Source: Albugo candida (lineage: Eukaryota). From it: a stretch of DNA of 64,000 nt. The notes beneath the pieces were generated by a model. The model had not been told where the DNA came from. It did not search any database and saw only the letters and a list, made by a program, of their open reading frames with translations. Shown piece after piece: positions 23,997 to 37,140 of the stretch. The stretch is from NCBI GenBank assembly GCA_040437565.1, contig JBDOQK010000053.1, forward strand, positions 124,001 to 188,000, written 5' to 3'. A program made the translations under genes and the position numbers. Numbering within the stretch: the stretch's first letter is position 1; every line of letters starts with the position of its first letter.

Positions 23997-26900
23997 TGTA
24001 GGGCATGACAGCCTGCGAAAGACGGTACATGTTTATGAGAGCGATGGCGTCATTTAGAATAAGGAAAATAATCCAGTAAAGAAGTGAATACGCTTGGATT
24101 AGCACACGGTTGGGAAATAAGTACCTAATTCAACTGACTTTCGCTTTTACCAGCTCGAACACTACATCGGGTAGCACTTGTTGGTCAGCAACACTAACTC
24201 TGACCCGACCCGGACTCTGATCACACTCCAACCTTGATCCTGACACCAGCTGACGTGAACCTCAATACGCCTGACTTGAACCTCACCCGAATCTGATTCT
24301 GACGCGATGATGGCACAACAACAAGAAATGATGCGAAAGATGGACGAGGCGAACACGCTAAAGGACCTCCGACAAGTGCAACAGTATTTTAAATTGAGGC
24401 GCATCGAGTGGAAGATCGCGATGATGGCAGCCACGATTCTTCCGACTATCGGAAGTATGCTCACCGGCAGAATGGTTTCTCTGGTCGCGCAATAAAGGTA
24501 ATACTGACGATGAATCACTCTTTCACAATGAGCAAGATTTTGTACCCGCAGACCTAAAGGTGCGGCTTCGTGACCAACTTTGAAATCTCACTCGAGCGCA
24601 GTGTCGCGATCTTGGAGACTTTTTGAATCGCTCTAAACATTTGATGCATGAGTGAAGTCAACAAAAAAAACTGTTTTTCTTCTTCACTCATATCCTGAAG
24701 CATCAGACACGTACCAAAATTGAGTATCGCCGTTGCTCGTCTCTTAGTCAGGCAATAAATATCGCCTAAGACTTCGAGCGTTCACATTTTTGCGTTGTGA
24801 GCTCAAGGCGTGCGCAACAATCTCGTCGACCAGAAAGGATTAATCATCAATGCTTTGAAGATCCTCAATCCGAGCTAATGGAAATTGGCAATGTGCAAGT
24901 AGTGTCACGAGAAGAGTGCATTCAAAGCAAGTTGTGCTTTTATTGCAAGAAACCAGTACATCGACTCGCAGAATGCCCGACAAGGCCACGAGCTCGAACA
25001 GCATCGAGACTAAGGGAGTGTGTGGGCATGATCGAAATGCTCGAGATAGAAGTGAAGATGTTGACGAAGCTATCGTGGTTGATCACCTTACGGTCAATGC
25101 GGTACAAGTCAATCTGGTCAATAAGCCGCCATATTTGTTGAGAAAGCCCGGTGCTATTGATGACACGCCAGTTACGATAATTCTGGATTGTAGGTCATCG
25201 GCAAATGTGATTCCTCTGAGACTAGCTTCCAAAGTTATCAGTACGCAACGAGGCTAATGAAAGCGTTTTGATGGGTCGCTTAACTCGCCGATTGAGCTGG
25301 CGACGGTTGAGGCGACATTGCACACAGCGAAGGCGAAGTTTTGAATATGACTTCCACGGACACCCATCTAGATGTCGATCAGGATGTAATTTTTGGTCTT
25401 TCGGGGCTTCAAGAATATGCCCCGCAATTTGAGTGGACCTCAGACCAATTTGTGCTCCCGACTCAGCCCAACACAAGTAAACAAGAAGTTCCAGCGTTGG
25501 TAGAGCAGAACCCAAGCGACATCGTGGCTGGGCCAGGCGGGCAACCGCGCAGATTATATGTGTGCTCATATGTGGTGGCGCATCAACTTCTATGCACGAA
25601 CGAATCCGCAGAGTTTTTTTGGTCAAGGTTGTTCTGTTTAAGTGGACTACAATGTCCCGGATTGGCATTGCGGCCTTATCAACGAGTACGCCGATATCTT
25701 TCCAGCGAAGATCCCACACGGACTACCAACGTCACGTGCGGTTCAGTTCGACGTGTAAATGAAATCAGGTGCGATTCCGATTGTCAGAGCGCCGTTTCGT
25801 CTATCTAAGACCGAGTAAGAAGCCCAAGAAACATTTGTTGCGGAAAACCTAAAGAAAGGCTGTGTCAAAGTGTCAAATTTGCCATGGGTGTCAAACATAT
25901 TTGGAATTATAAAAAAAGACCTTGCGACTAGACAAGCTCCAACCCGCGTCGAGTGGCTTCGGTCGGGAGACACTTGCAACTAATTCGCTGGGTTATCGGT
26001 TATCGCTACATGGAAAGCCAGACAGAAATTCCTGAAATTCCGTTTAGTTTCAGAGACGAGCTCTTTGATAGGATGGCAGGGTGCGCTATGTTCACGGTGA
26101 TGGACTTGACACAAGGCTACCAACAGATGCTCGTTAAAAGTTCAAGTCACCAGTACACTGCATTTCGAACGCATAAGGACACATAACAGTGGTGTGTCGC
26201 ACCAATGCGATTCGCTGGATTGCCGGGTGTGTAGTCACGCCTTATGCGCGTGTTATTTGACAAGATTGAACTCGTGGTGGTCTACCTTGATGACATCTGC
26301 ATTTTTACAAAGACGAACGAAGAAGACACAAAACACTTGTGCGAGGTGGTTAAAGTGTTTCGCCAGGAAAAGCTATATGCTCATCGAAGCAAATGCTTCT
26401 TCGTAAATGACAGTGTCGAGTTCCTAGGCCCCACAATTTCCAGGAATGGCTTAAGCATCGACAAGCGTAAGACATCGACAATTGAAACGATGAACCCACC
26501 GACCGCGCGAAAGAAATAATTGAGTTATTAGATCTCGCCGGGTACTACAGGTGCTTTATATGCAACTTTGCCAAGATAGCATTTCCCCTAAGCGAACTTA
26601 TAAAGAAGGACATCTTTTGGGAGTGGTTGGATGATCAGGAAGAAGCATATCGACGAAAAAACTAGCGCTACAACAAGCACCCGTGCTTCAGCTACCGGGC
26701 TTTGCTAACAAGTTTATCGTTACAACGGACGCGTCAGAATTATGCATGGGCGGCGTCCTAAACTAGCTTACAAACGAAGCGAATCATCCTGTTGCGATTT
26801 TTCCCAAAAACTTTGGACTTCACGGAAAAGGGTGGTCGCCACAAGATCATCAAGACGTCTCTCGTAAAATGGCGCCATTATCTCCACGGTCGATCGTTTG

Positions 26901-28896
26901 ATGTCTATACCGACAGCAATGCGTGCCGTTGGACGCTCCACCATCCAAACATACGAAGAAAATGGCGCGGATGTTGACCTGATTCTCCCAATTTGATTTT
27001 ACTCTATATCACGTCAAAGTAACTTCCAACGTTGTCGCGGACGCACTGCCGCGTCCGGGATTCATCAGTCCAACCACCGGGAAGTACATGACTGCGGACC
27101 AGTGTGCGCTCGCCGGGACGTCAATATTCGACGTCATGGTCTGCACATGGCGGTTCTATGCTTGCTCCCACGACCCGATCAGGACCTTCTCCTCGACGTG
27201 CGGAATGTTTAGGGATGGATAAAGGGCATCAGGTTGGCGTAACCCAACTGCAACAGCGACAAATTCAAGGACCGCGAATTCACGTAAACGTTGTAGCCGA
27301 ATCACGACAAGTACGTGCGGCGGAATGATTTACTGTATGTCAAGACGAATCACGCAGTCAAGAGGCTGTGCGTTCCGGCAAACGATAGAATTATCACCGC
27401 CATTCTCTGTGAGCATCACGATGGAAATACTGCGACACATCCTAGTGTGCGTCGCACACAACTCAAGGTGGCGCAATGGTACTACTGGCCAACCTTCGAA
27501 AAAGACGTTCGAGAGTATGTACAAAGCTGCGGTACATGTGCGCGATGGAATACGAGCACACTCAAGAAAAACGGCAGGTTCACGCCAATCCCAGTTACTG
27601 AAGAGTGTTGGGAAGTAGTTTCGATGGACTTTGTAACGGGACTAGCGGTGTCGAGAGGATTCGATGCTATAATGACTTTGGTCGATAAACTGCCGAAGCG
27701 CCCCCGATATGCTGCTACACACACGAACACCGATGCAACAAAAGTCGCAAAACTATCGTTTGATGTCGTCCTGAGTCATCACGGATTGACGAAGGTCATC
27801 GTTAGGAATCGAGATCCAAAGTTCTCTTCTGATCTTTGGAAGTCGCTAATGGCCATTATGGGCACCAGGCTTTCAATGACGACAGCACACCGCGCGCAGG
27901 CTGAGCGACGAAATTCAATTTGGTAGATAATGCACTACACTGCATTGTGTCGTACCAAGACGACGACTGGTCAACTCATCTCGGGACTATCGGGTTTGCT
28001 CATGCAGCTCCGGTGAGAAAGTCAACAGAGCTATCACCTTTTAAAATTGACATAGGGCGACAAGTCAGAAATGCTAGTTCTGGACGTTTTAATGGCGCCG
28101 GAAAGAAACTCCCTATACCCGAGTACGCAAGACAATTTGCAGACAAGAGGCAAAAGATCATTATACTCGCACAAACCAACTTGGCTAAGGCTCAAGACAA
28201 ACAAAAAGACTACTACGAGAGGAAGCGTAGCAATGTGACATTTAAGGCTGTAGACATGGTCATGCTTGATGCAAGACACCTCAAGCTACGTCACCACAAA
28301 ATATGACACGACACGACAAAGAGCAAGCTGTTGGCGAAGAAAATCGGAACATTTCAGACTAGAGAAATGAACAACAAAAACGTGGCCAAGCTTGCACTGC
28401 CACAAAGCCTCGGCAAGTTTCACCCCAGTTTTAACATCGAATTGTTAAGCTATTTCTTCCCGAACTTGATGAGATTCAGCAGTTACCCAGTCCCGATAGC
28501 AGTGCCGGTAATCCTCGAGGAGGAAACCGGTAGCGATCTGCATATTGTAGAAGCGCTGGTCAAGAAAGGTGTCTACAACAAACAGACTGAGTGGCTCGTT
28601 AAGTGGCCTTCACTTCCGGAACAAGAGTGTACCTGGAAAAAGGAAAAGAACATTCGGCAGGTGGCGCATTGGCAGTACGTGGTACAATATCTCAAGACTC
28701 GCCATTACGAATTCCGCTAGGGGAGAATGTAGAGCACGACGTCCTGCGAAAGACGGTACATGTTCACGCAAGCGATGACGTCATTTAGAATCAGGCAAAG
28801 AGTCCATTAAAGGCTTGAGTATCCTTATATTAGCATACGGTTGTGAACTAAGGACCAAATGAAATGACTTTCGTTTTTACCAGCTCGGACACTATA
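23997..28896 (+). mobile_element. Full-length but degenerate Ty3/Gypsy chromovirus
   Basis: 5' LTR 23997-24166 (TGTA..TACA) and 3' LTR 28728-28896, with PPT AGGGGAGAA. Internal domains: gag knuckle CFYCKKPVHRLAEC, protease IILDC, RT YLDD, RNase H TTDAS, integrase (HHD..H..C..C, VSMDFV) and chromodomain EWLVKW...CTW. Many stops and frameshifts. Confidence 0.95.
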
Positions 28897-31800
28897 CCTT
28901 GAATCTCTTCCATGCGTTGAACCTTCTATCAATTCTTGACAAGGAGGTGGGCTCTCCTCTGTGTCGAAGTCAAGTTGTACAGCTTCTCTTCATAACATGT
29001 AGTCTCTATCAAGTTCATCCCCCGAAATAATCGGATGGTGATATAAAATTTTCAATTCCATCCAATACGCCGATGTGTTGGATAAATACTGCGGGGATCA
29101 TTTTAGCACGGGCTAATATTCGATTAGAAATTGCTCATGTGAGCGTATTATCTCTGCAAGTGCAAGACCATACGCTACAATCAAATATGTTTTCATTATT
29201 TTTGTACCTTGAGATTTGAATGATGAGAAACTCTTCGTACATTCCCACAGCAAAATAGAGACAAAAAAATTCGGCTATCATCTATTCATAATCGATAGAC
29301 TGTTCGCAATCATTTACGTAACAGCGCAAGTGCCTGAAATTGTTTTCCTTGTCAAAAAAAGGTAGTGTGTTGTAAGCACCCGTATCTAGTACGATGTACT
29401 GAGACATTGAGGGCTCAGAGATCTCGTACGATGTGACTCACGAAAAATGCTAATGCTTTTGAGCTTATAAATTTCATAATCAAGCCACTTTAAAAATCCT
29501 TTTTTTTAGATGCTTCACGAGGGTGGGAGAAGCAAAAATGTCGTGCTTTTCGATTTTGGATTGTTGACTCGTACTTGCTGCGAATATCGAATATGATTGC
29601 TTTGAACGAACTTGAATAGGATTTCTAGAAGATGGACAGTAGTGCAGTGGAAAAATTTGCTGAGATTCCGTCAAAACAACTTCTTTGCGCACGAGCATGC
29701 ATCACGCTCGTCCTGCAGCTTCAAACAAGTCGTGAAAAATGTTTTCATCGGCGATCGTACTATACGCAGAATCGCTTTAAGTTATCTTTATGATTCGTGT
29801 ACTACAAACCTATTTTGGAAATAAAATTCCTTGTGCCACTGCATGGAACACCTACATCGGTCCACTAGAACCAAATTATCGCGAGCGCAGTGCATGGACT
29901 GGTGGAATTACGCATCTCTTGAAACCTGTCCATAGATTACAAAATCCATAGTCCGTATACTATTCTACTGATCTTAGCGCAACCGCTTCCATCGATTTAT
30001 CTATTCACTGGATCTTCAGGGTATTCTGAAAACGTTTTTTTTTTCGTTCATTTTTTTCGTACCTTATAGCAAATGCTGCTGATCGCATTCGTTGTATATG
30101 TACCTATGTAAATACGTGTGGTAGGATAGTCGCTCTTTGTTTATCTTTGTGGTTGGCTTTTCGGGAGTACAAGTGTCAAAGTAGACGTGGACATAGTACC
30201 GGCATTCCAATACGTGTGCAAAGGTTGCTGCGAGCTCTTGCGCGTCGTACTATAAGAGGTAGGGCTATATTGTTAAAGTGTGCTTCTGCAGCGGACAATA
30301 GGACGCAAAATACTATTCTAATTGTTATTCGATACACAACAGCGACAGTTACGAGTTACAAAGGCATCCCGACAACTTTCGACGAGCTCAACGTCTCCGT
30401 AAATAATGACTGGGATCGACAGGCAGGGCGATATGGCCGACTTACTAAAAGACGTTCGAGATGTATTGCAGACCTTTTTTCTCAAAATGGAAAACCAAGA
30501 GCAGAAAACGTTCGATTTGCACAATCATCTCTAAAGTCGTTGTTCGTAAGCTCTGGGGCTTCGTGCACACCTGGCAAATGAAACAATGCTGAGAACGATT
30601 TCATAATGTTTGATGCCTAACCAAACAACGGTGCTTCTACAAAGAACAAGGATCCATCACATTTTCGCGACTTCCTTAGTATCGCGTGAGTAAGCCAGCT
30701 CCTCTTTCTACATAGTTATAGAATACTTCTTACCGACTTATCCGCACACTAATACAACGAGATTGATGCTTATTTCTTTGCGTGAAAGATACAGCTTATT
30801 GACATCTTAATGTGAGCCTATCAAAGGTTTCAAAGCTGGATCAAAGCGGAGAGGAGACAATAATGTGCATGGATTTGGTCTTACTAGCTGCCCCTTTCAG
30901 TCAATGATAATCGATATCGATTGCCTGAAACCTGAACTTACCAAAATACGCTGCTGCCCGATTATCGTGTATTGGCTGATACAATCCTGGCAGGAACTTT
31001 CCCGCTAGTTGTCCACTGTCAGCCCCCTTTTTTACGAGTGCTGCAAATACACTTGTGGCTGAAACAAGCACATTTGATTTGTGATTATGTTTTCAATGAG
31101 ATATTGTGACGTAAGTAGTGTAGCTGAGTTCACCACAATTTGTGAGCAAAATTAACTTTGACGAGTCAAAAAGTCGATAAATGAAGGTTGCTGACGCTCA
31201 TAAACGATTATGAAGTAGTGCAGAAGGTGAACAGTGTCGATGGTCAGTTTCTAAAGTGAGTACGTTCACTGAACGTGCTGATATTTTATTACGACTCACA
31301 CACGAAGTCTCACTATCATGTCCGCACCAATGTGCAGAACGAGCACTGCATGCTGTGCTGGTACCATGCTCCTCCGTCTAATCTTTCACGATCACTGTGT
31401 GTAGTACTTGTTGGGTACGCTTAGTAAAGCGCATGCTGAGCCAATAAATCGTAACGAGACGAATGTTGTTATTTCAGCTAGAGAGGGGGGATTGGACATG
31501 TGCAGTCTATCGGGGCACTATCAGGAGTTATCAAACCCCAAGGTTTGACTCGATCCCAATGAACCTCCAATGGTTTCATTCAGCACTTATTTCATAGCAG
31601 GATGATTCTCTTTAGCCCTTAGTGTATTAGACACGATATAGGATGCTGTGGCTGTAAGAGGCGCGTTACCAACTTCTTTCGACTACATGCAGCGTGTTGA
31701 GAATTAATTACAGTTTCTGATAAGCGGTGCATTAGGTTGCATTTATGTACGAACCTAAGCTATGTCAATACAATACTTTACGCAGATTATGAAGTTGGAG

Positions 31801-33629
31801 AAATGTGACATGATTCGCCAGCTAATATGAGACGGGTATTCCCTGGTATGATTGGACAATTTCCTTTCTGATTCGGTAGGTAGTCAGCCTGATAACGTGA
31901 TGAACGTGCACCTTCGTGCAACATATTATAAAATTTTCGTCTTCTTCCGGATATCACAATTGTCTGCTCTTGACACGTTTGGTTGTGTTTCGACAAATGA
32001 AATGGCCAGCATACAATGCCCTCAAGGTCGAATCCTAAGATGAAGATCATTCAAACTCCACCACACCATTTCAAGTATTTGTAAACAGCGTTTTGCAGGG
32101 CTACTAGCCTCGAATGTGGCGAGATTCGCGTCGGTAAAGTAATCGCGATAGTGTACTCTCCCAACCTTTGTGGTTGTTGTTAGGGATATAAATTCCCCGC
32201 TTATTGCAAAATCCTTTGACGTATATTGAATACGTGTCGGGTAATGAACATGGGATTGTTCACAAACTTTTGCTGGACTGAGTGTACGAAATGAGGGAAA
32301 CGCAATGAGCTTGACCATTATGGTGTGCGCACATTCACACTATTTACACGTAGTATCGCCAGTTCGATATACACTACACAGCTTTGCTCCATCACGTCAA
32401 TAGAGAGGCCCCTGAGTCACACATTGTGTGAACCATAGGAGTCGACACATCCCAATATTTTCAATGCACAACGAAGTACGTCGTCACAACACATGACGGA
32501 GTATGCTTGCGCTCACTAATACTTATCATCGTCGCTGGTAGTGTATCCATTGGATTACAAACATACAACAGTATCTGGACTCATGCGGGAATTGTGGTGA
32601 TAAGCGGGGGTCAATTTGTGGTTGATTGTGCCGGGAAATCGGTGTACTACGGGATGTATATGTAGAATCGTTATTCAAGGCGACAAGACACCGCTAATGT
32701 GGGAGTTCGGATTTGTTTTAACACTCGGCAATTATTTTGTACGTAACTACGCTCACTTGAAGCAAACCGCGATCCAGCACATCATCATCACTTTACGTGC
32801 TCTACAACAACTACTATTTTGGCTGTCAATACTAACTGCGTGTTACTCAGCCTGGTTCATGCGGCTTTTGGCAGAACAGCGTCTAATGACAATCGCATTC
32901 GATGTACACTTATGCTGCCGGTATTTTCGATATGGATCTTTATGCTCTCAATCATATCTTCTAGGCTGGAAGGTAGCCCTTCCATCCAGCAATATGGAAC
33001 GTGTACTGACAGCCATTCAACCAGTCCAAGCACTCAAGTATCCGCTTCGATCAATACGGATCCCTTCTCGATAAGCGAGAGGAACCGATCCAATTCTTCT
33101 GCTAGAAGAAAGATACTCGAATATGCAAACTTTGGTACAGAAACGCAATTCTTCTCAAAAGACGTCAATGATTGTGAATCAAGCAGCAGCAAAGAATTTA
33201 GTCTTGATCACAAGATATGGCCACGATTTGCTGCACGATATTGCAAAGGGAAAAGCGAGTCGTGGACGAAAAAGCAAGTCAGCAATCATTCTACGGATAA
33301 TGGCTACCTATCTCACGTTTGTGACTCAGAAACGCGTTCGGATGAAATTTTCTCTACTCGGCGTTCGTGTGAGCTTCGATTAAGACGTCGTGTATCCATA
33401 CAGCTCCGTGTAGTCATTGTCCCATTGTTTGCTCTGGGTGAAGCACTGAGATGTTATGTAGAGTTTGTTTGGTGCTCCCTTGTCATGTGAAAGCACCGTT
33501 TATAGGAAAGAAGACATACGCGCTATTCAAAATCGAGCTTGCACTGTATTTATGTTAGAAAAGCGGTATAGATAAGTCTTTGTAATTCGGATCTGTCATG
33601 CCTTACGTTTCATACTGGTACGCTTCAAA

Positions 33630-34703
33630 TCAAGCGTCATTAGCTACTTGAACTTGATTCCCTTTCACGACGTTAAAGCTTACATCAAAAGCCTTCAGAA
33701 ATACATTACCGAGCATCCATCGATTCTCCTGCATTCCTTTCTCGAAGAGAAGAGTACACTTACCGCCAACATTGACAAAAAAATGAAGCGGTGAGACTGC
33801 ATATTTCTTCTGGTCGACCGTAAAGGAAAAAAAATTCTCGTCCGATATGTTTCTCGTCGAACAATCTCCCTTGTACCGACCATTGTCTAATTTCAATTTT
33901 TCTTCAAATTGCGCTCCGATATTTTGGAAAATGCTGGGCGGAATTTTGATGACATCGAAACGGACTGTTTGACTTACAGTATGGTATGTATTAGTCATCC
34001 CAAAAAGCTCGACATCAACATCGTGGTAGTCATACATCACGTCAGATGTAGATTCGACAGTGCTAGATGATTTCCTTCCAAACATGAGCACAGGATCATC
34101 TACTTTGGGCCATGCATACGTGAAAGCTCCAGAATATGGCTTCAAGTATACCATAGAGTCGATAGAGGGGGTCGGGAGATGGTAAAATGCTTCTTGTTCG
34201 GCCAGCTTTTTCAACGCTTTCCAAGTCAATGTCCAGCCGATGTAATATTTTTTTGATTCAATCTCAAAAGTCAAATGTTTCTGTGTGTCCACACCAATCA
34301 ACTGGTGAACTTTATAATCATCGATCGAATCCTCCGGTTGTACTTGACCTTTATTACGTGGAAAAAAATTGCTATTGGCTCTTGGAGCTGAAAGGGATTC
34401 TTTCCAATTTTTAATCGGGACGGTGGCTCCCTCGATGGCTAGGGTCACCTCAAAGAGCTGTTTTTCGCAGCCCTTAAACCATACAGGAAGCCCTTTAGGG
34501 TCGAATTCCACATGAGGATCTAATTTGACTTCCAATCCTCTCCAATCCCCATCGAAATCTGCCTTTTTTGCTTCAATCAGTTTCACGTAATTCGTAATTG
34601 GATCATCGCTGGTTGTAGAAATGACTGCTACTACCGCTGGGTCGTATGCAAGGAAGACTCCTACCGCCGCAAAAGCAACCGTTTTCAGCAAGCGGTCCTT
34701 CAT
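33630..34703 (-). CDS. Secreted pepsin-fold pseudo-protease, paralog 3
   Basis: Likely ATG at 34703 (MKDRLLKTVAFAAVGVFLAYDPAVVA). Motifs YYIGWTLTWKAL, KIPPSIF, NGRYKGDC and KCTLLFE..WMLGNVFLKAF; no DTG/DSG. Confidence 0.8.
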   Translation of the reverse strand: MKDRLLKTVAFAAVGVFLAYDPAVVAVISTTSDDPITNYVKLIEAKKADFDGDWRGLEVKLDPHVEFDPKGLPVWFKGCEKQLFEVTLAIEGATVPIKNWKESLSAPRANSNFFPRNKGQVQPEDSIDDYKVHQLIGVDTQKHLTFEIESKKYYIGWTLTWKALKKLAEQEAFYHLPTPSIDSMVYLKPYSGAFTYAWPKVDDPVLMFGRKSSSTVESTSDVMYDYHDVDVELFGMTNTYHTVSQTVRFDVIKIPPSIFQNIGAQFEEKLKLDNGRYKGDCSTRNISDENFFSFTVDQKKYAVSPLHFFVNVGGKCTLLFEKGMQENRWMLGNVFLKAFDVSFNVVKGNQVQVANDA

Positions 34704-34849
34704 TGTTGCTCTTGCTCGATTTTGAAATACTGATAATATTACCAAGACTTCAAACGAGTGAAAACGTAGACCTGCACTGCATTACACACTTCGCACGATG
34801 TGGGACTTTTGAACAAGGATACGGGGAAGTTTTTATGTCTACGACAAAA

Positions 34850-35230
34850 AGTTAGCTCAACCTGGATAAGTTTATAGGGTGGCAACTTTTGAAATTTAGA
34901 AATTGAATATTACGCATAGACACGCACCTTCATGGGCCCACGATTAACAACAAAGGACTTGAATCCTGTGAAACACCTCGGAAAGCGTATAAGCTGGCAA
35001 CTTTCTTAATTTTAGAATTTGGATATTACGGATACACACGCAGCTTTGTCTCACAGAATAAAACAAACGACTTAAAATCCTGTCAATCACCTCGAAAAGC
35101 TTATAAGCTGGTAACTTACGGGTGGAAACGCACCTTCCGAATTCTTGGTTCACACCAAAACGACTTAATTATTGTGCACCACCTTAGAAAGCTTACTGGC
35201 TGGGCAATTTAAGAATTTGTTTTTCACACC
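34850..35230. repeat. ~115-bp tandem array upstream of paralog 3 (4 units)
   Basis: Anchors at 34881, 34996, 35110 and 35203. Confidence 0.9.
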
Positions 35231-35399
35231 AACTGCTCACATGAGCACTTCCAAGAGCCAAAAATATCAAAGTCTATTCTCTGCACACTCATTACGCTGG
35301 TTGATATATTCGGAAATTATTTGCGACACTTATTGAGACAATGAATGAGTTTGAAGACTGCCAAATTCGTTTGCACTTGAACTCGGTCAATGCCGATGT

Positions 35400-37140
35400 T
35401 CCCTCAGATACAAAGCCGCAAAACGTTGACCCTGCGCACTGAAATCCTGCTGGAGATCACACTGATGCTATTCTTTGATTGTTTGAGTTCTTTTTTTGCT
35501 TTTCATGTAATGGATCAAGTTTCTGTTGTTTTTCAATACGTTTATCAAAATCTCGATCGTCCCCCGCATTCTCGCCAGTGGCTTCTTCATTCACTGCGCT
35601 TACCAGTAACGCGACAGTTGATTCATTGTCAGAAGTTTTGAATGACCGCATAATTGTACATTGCTCACGAGCCAACTCTTGACGTCTTGCACGTTTTTCG
35701 TGACGCTCCTAATTCTTCTTCAGCTTCATTTCGCGAACGTGTTTTTTAAAATGTGTGGTGGATGACTCAATCTTGCAGGCGGGTTTGATTTAGTATGTCA
35801 GAAGCATCCGGACGGAAAGCGAGTCTTCTGTCTTAAGAAGCTTCGTTGCGCACGCATTCTTTATCACTTTAATCAGTGTCGCGCTTGAGTGAAATTTGAC
35901 GGTACTGTTTTTTGATTCTTTGATTGAATAGCATTTTTGGAGCCTTTCATATCGCTACTTTCCGAGTTGCATGACGCTAAATACGTAGAGAAACCATTAC
36001 CCTCTAACCATTCCAATTCGACCAACTAGTAAGCTTTTCAATTCGAATTGATTCGTCTTATTTCAATGTGGATTCCAAATCGAAAAATTCGTGCCAAAAA
36101 GGGACGGCTTATAGGCATCCGGTGAGGTTTGACAGGATTCTTTGGGTGTGCTGGTGAATTCCATGTCATTCGGTACGGGTCGGACATCCAGCACATATAA
36201 AGATGTCTCGTATTCCAACTGATCGCACTTATCGGCGTTAATTTTGCTGTTCTCATTGAATCGCATGTCATGATTGCGCAGTAGAAAGGTAGTTTTTGTA
36301 TTTTATATTGACAGAGTATCTCTTAATCGATTCCCTCAGAATTCCTCGCTTTGTGCCGATTGTTGCATGCCCGACGGCTCATCTTCATCTTGGTCGGCTT
36401 CAGAATCAGATAAAGCCTCAGAATCTGATACAGCTTCTTCACGATGCGCTTCTGCTTCTTCAATTTCATTCTCAGACTCTGATTCGACGTTTCTATTCTC
36501 AGTTTATGATTCTGGATGGGTTGAACTACTCTTTGGAGAGTATGTTGGAACGGCACACGCAATGAAATTGTATCATGTTCTGGGCACCAAAGTCGGATGG
36601 ATAAATTGTCACATCATTTACGGAATTTGTTCCACGCGCGGATGACTACAATTCTCGTCAGCTTATCGGTGCAAATGATGATTTCACGAATGCCTACCTG
36701 ACACAGCGCAACTGACCGAAGTCTAGTCCAATCGCAATTCATGATGACAAATCGCTTTGTGATATCGCACGGCAATATTCTTCGCGTCTGATTTCACTTC
36801 CGATTTGGAAGAAGGCTCTCTTCATCTCTAGTGATCTCGTCTTTGTCCATTCGGTGAAATAGTCTAGACTTTATGCATGATCAAGTCGATAAAACTGCTT
36901 CATATCGTTTTTCTGACTCTCATTCTTTTTCATTGGACGTCCGTATTTATCGCATGAGCCTATAAATGATCGCCATCTTCTTCGTATACCGATTACATTG
37001 TAATGAAGTATCGATGAAGTGGTAGTGATAGAGCTGGTGACTACTTTTGTAGGAAAATGCACACATCATTTTGTGCCTACGGGACGATAGTGAATGTTAC
37101 TGAAGCGGTTGTCGTTGATCACATCCAACGTTTTTAAGGA
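35400..37140 (-). pseudogene. ESF1: ESF1 (pre-rRNA processing factor) pseudogene
   Basis: Minus-strand fragments read VINDNRFSNIH, DKYGRP..DMKQFYRL, KRFVIMNCDWTRLRSV, VTIYPSDFG, an acidic tract, and CDQLEYETSLYVLDVRPVPNDMEF..PKESC..PDAYKP. These are ESF1 motifs in order, broken by stops and frameshifts. Confidence 0.85.
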
